Source: Octopus bimaculoides
Lineage: Eukaryota
Assembly: GCF_001194135.2 (NCBI RefSeq)
Contig: NC_069007.1
Location: forward strand, 644,760-697,081
Direction of reading: 5' to 3'
Length of the DNA: 52,322 nucleotides
The notes below the pieces were generated by a model, which saw only the letters and a program-made list of their open reading frames with translations, was not told the origin of the DNA and did not search any database. Below are positions 51,432-52,322 of this stretch, one piece after another. Position 1 is the first letter of the stretch; the number at the start of each line of letters is the position of its first letter. The position numbers were made by a program, and so were the translations under genes.

Positions 51432-52305
51432 GCGGTGAATAAACTGTCGTCTAAATTACGCAAAAGTGAAACTGACATCTCATTTTAACAGACATATTTA
51501 CCAAAATTACATAAAAATATGTGGAAATACTAAAGACTAATTTTGTTCAATAAATCGCCATTGGCTTCAACCACGGCTTCTACATTTCATCGGAATCTCC
51601 GCAAACTCTTCTGGATGATCTTTTCGTTTAAGTTGGTGAACGCGGCCATAATCCTTGCCTTCAGTTCATGCTTGGTGTTACAAGGAATGTTGTTGGTCTC
51701 TCGATCAACTGCGCCCCTCACATAATAATCAAGGGGGTTGCAGTCTGAGGAATTAGGTGGCCAGATATTAGTGGTGATGTGCTCGCAGAAATTATCTGAC
51801 AATCATGACTGGGTTCTACTTCTTGTGTGGCATTGTGCAGAGTCCTGTTGCCAGACATAGGGTTTTGCAGCAGACACCCTCTTGACCCAGGACAGCACTA
51901 CCTCCTCCATGCACTAGATGTAGGGTCCTGTGTTGAATCTGATGCAGTGTGAGATAATGAATGGAGGCATAACGTCGCCATCACTAGTGGCCACTACAAA
52001 CACCATGATGTTGACTGGGTGCCTGATTTTTTATTACTCTCGGTACATGTTCTCAGATTGCACTGCCCTCATATTGACAGCCAAACACTCTAAAATATTC
52101 ATATGGTAGCTTACTGGCGGGAATACCAGGCAGTATAGCATACTGTCTTCAAATTTCTATCACAGTGAATTGCGTCATGGTGCTGTTTTTCTCACAGGCA
52201 GTGCCCAGCGGAACCTACTCTACTGCGTAGACGATAAAATCGAAAGCAATGCGCATGCGCAAAATTAAGGGTGAGGAACGGTGACAATTTACCTATCGCA
52301 CCATG
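51428..52305 (-). mobile_element. Non-autonomous DD37D/maT element, copy C (878 bp, both ends)
   Basis: TA-flanked imperfect TIRs (gggtgcggtgaataaactgtc / ggtgcgataggtaaattgtc). WQQD...NPLD spacing counted as 37 residues; internal stop and deletion. Confidence 0.94.
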
Positions 52306-52322
52306 TATATATATATATATAT

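Noticed and set aside
11209-51478. Long ORFs in the six-frame track (YIYI, THTH, LSLS, CVCV, poly-X)
   Set aside because: They are translations of (TA)n, (CA)n and (CT)n microsatellites and of N-gaps, not genes.

Overview
AT-rich eukaryotic genomic DNA from a gapped short-read assembly: 10 N-runs, most flanked by (TA)n. The repeat content closely resembles what I recall from Octopus genomes; this is an inference, no search was run. The window is essentially non-coding (intronic or intergenic). No protein-coding exon, tRNA, rRNA or CRISPR array can be confidently identified, and nearly all long ORFs in the track are microsatellite or N-gap artefacts. What the sequence supports: (1) at least four tRNA-derived SINE families, some with clean target-site duplications and some in head-to-tail arrays; (2) three copies of a DD37D/maT Tc1-mariner family, two of them sharing the same internal deletion; (3) a deleted Tc1 remnant, a mariner MITE and a TTAA/piggyBac-type MITE; (4) 3' remnants of RTE, L2/CR1-like and Rex6/NeSL-like LINEs, plus a possible Penelope-type end with a degenerate hammerhead-like motif; (5) abundant simple repeats. 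The most notable unexplained structure is a ~92-bp inverted repeat (34495-34803) whose loop holds an AG/22-nt/GTAAGT micro-exon-like signal. Modular SINE tail swapping and same-strand SINE arrays are also of interest. I found no strong evidence for a wholly new biological system; the candidates below are scored accordingly.
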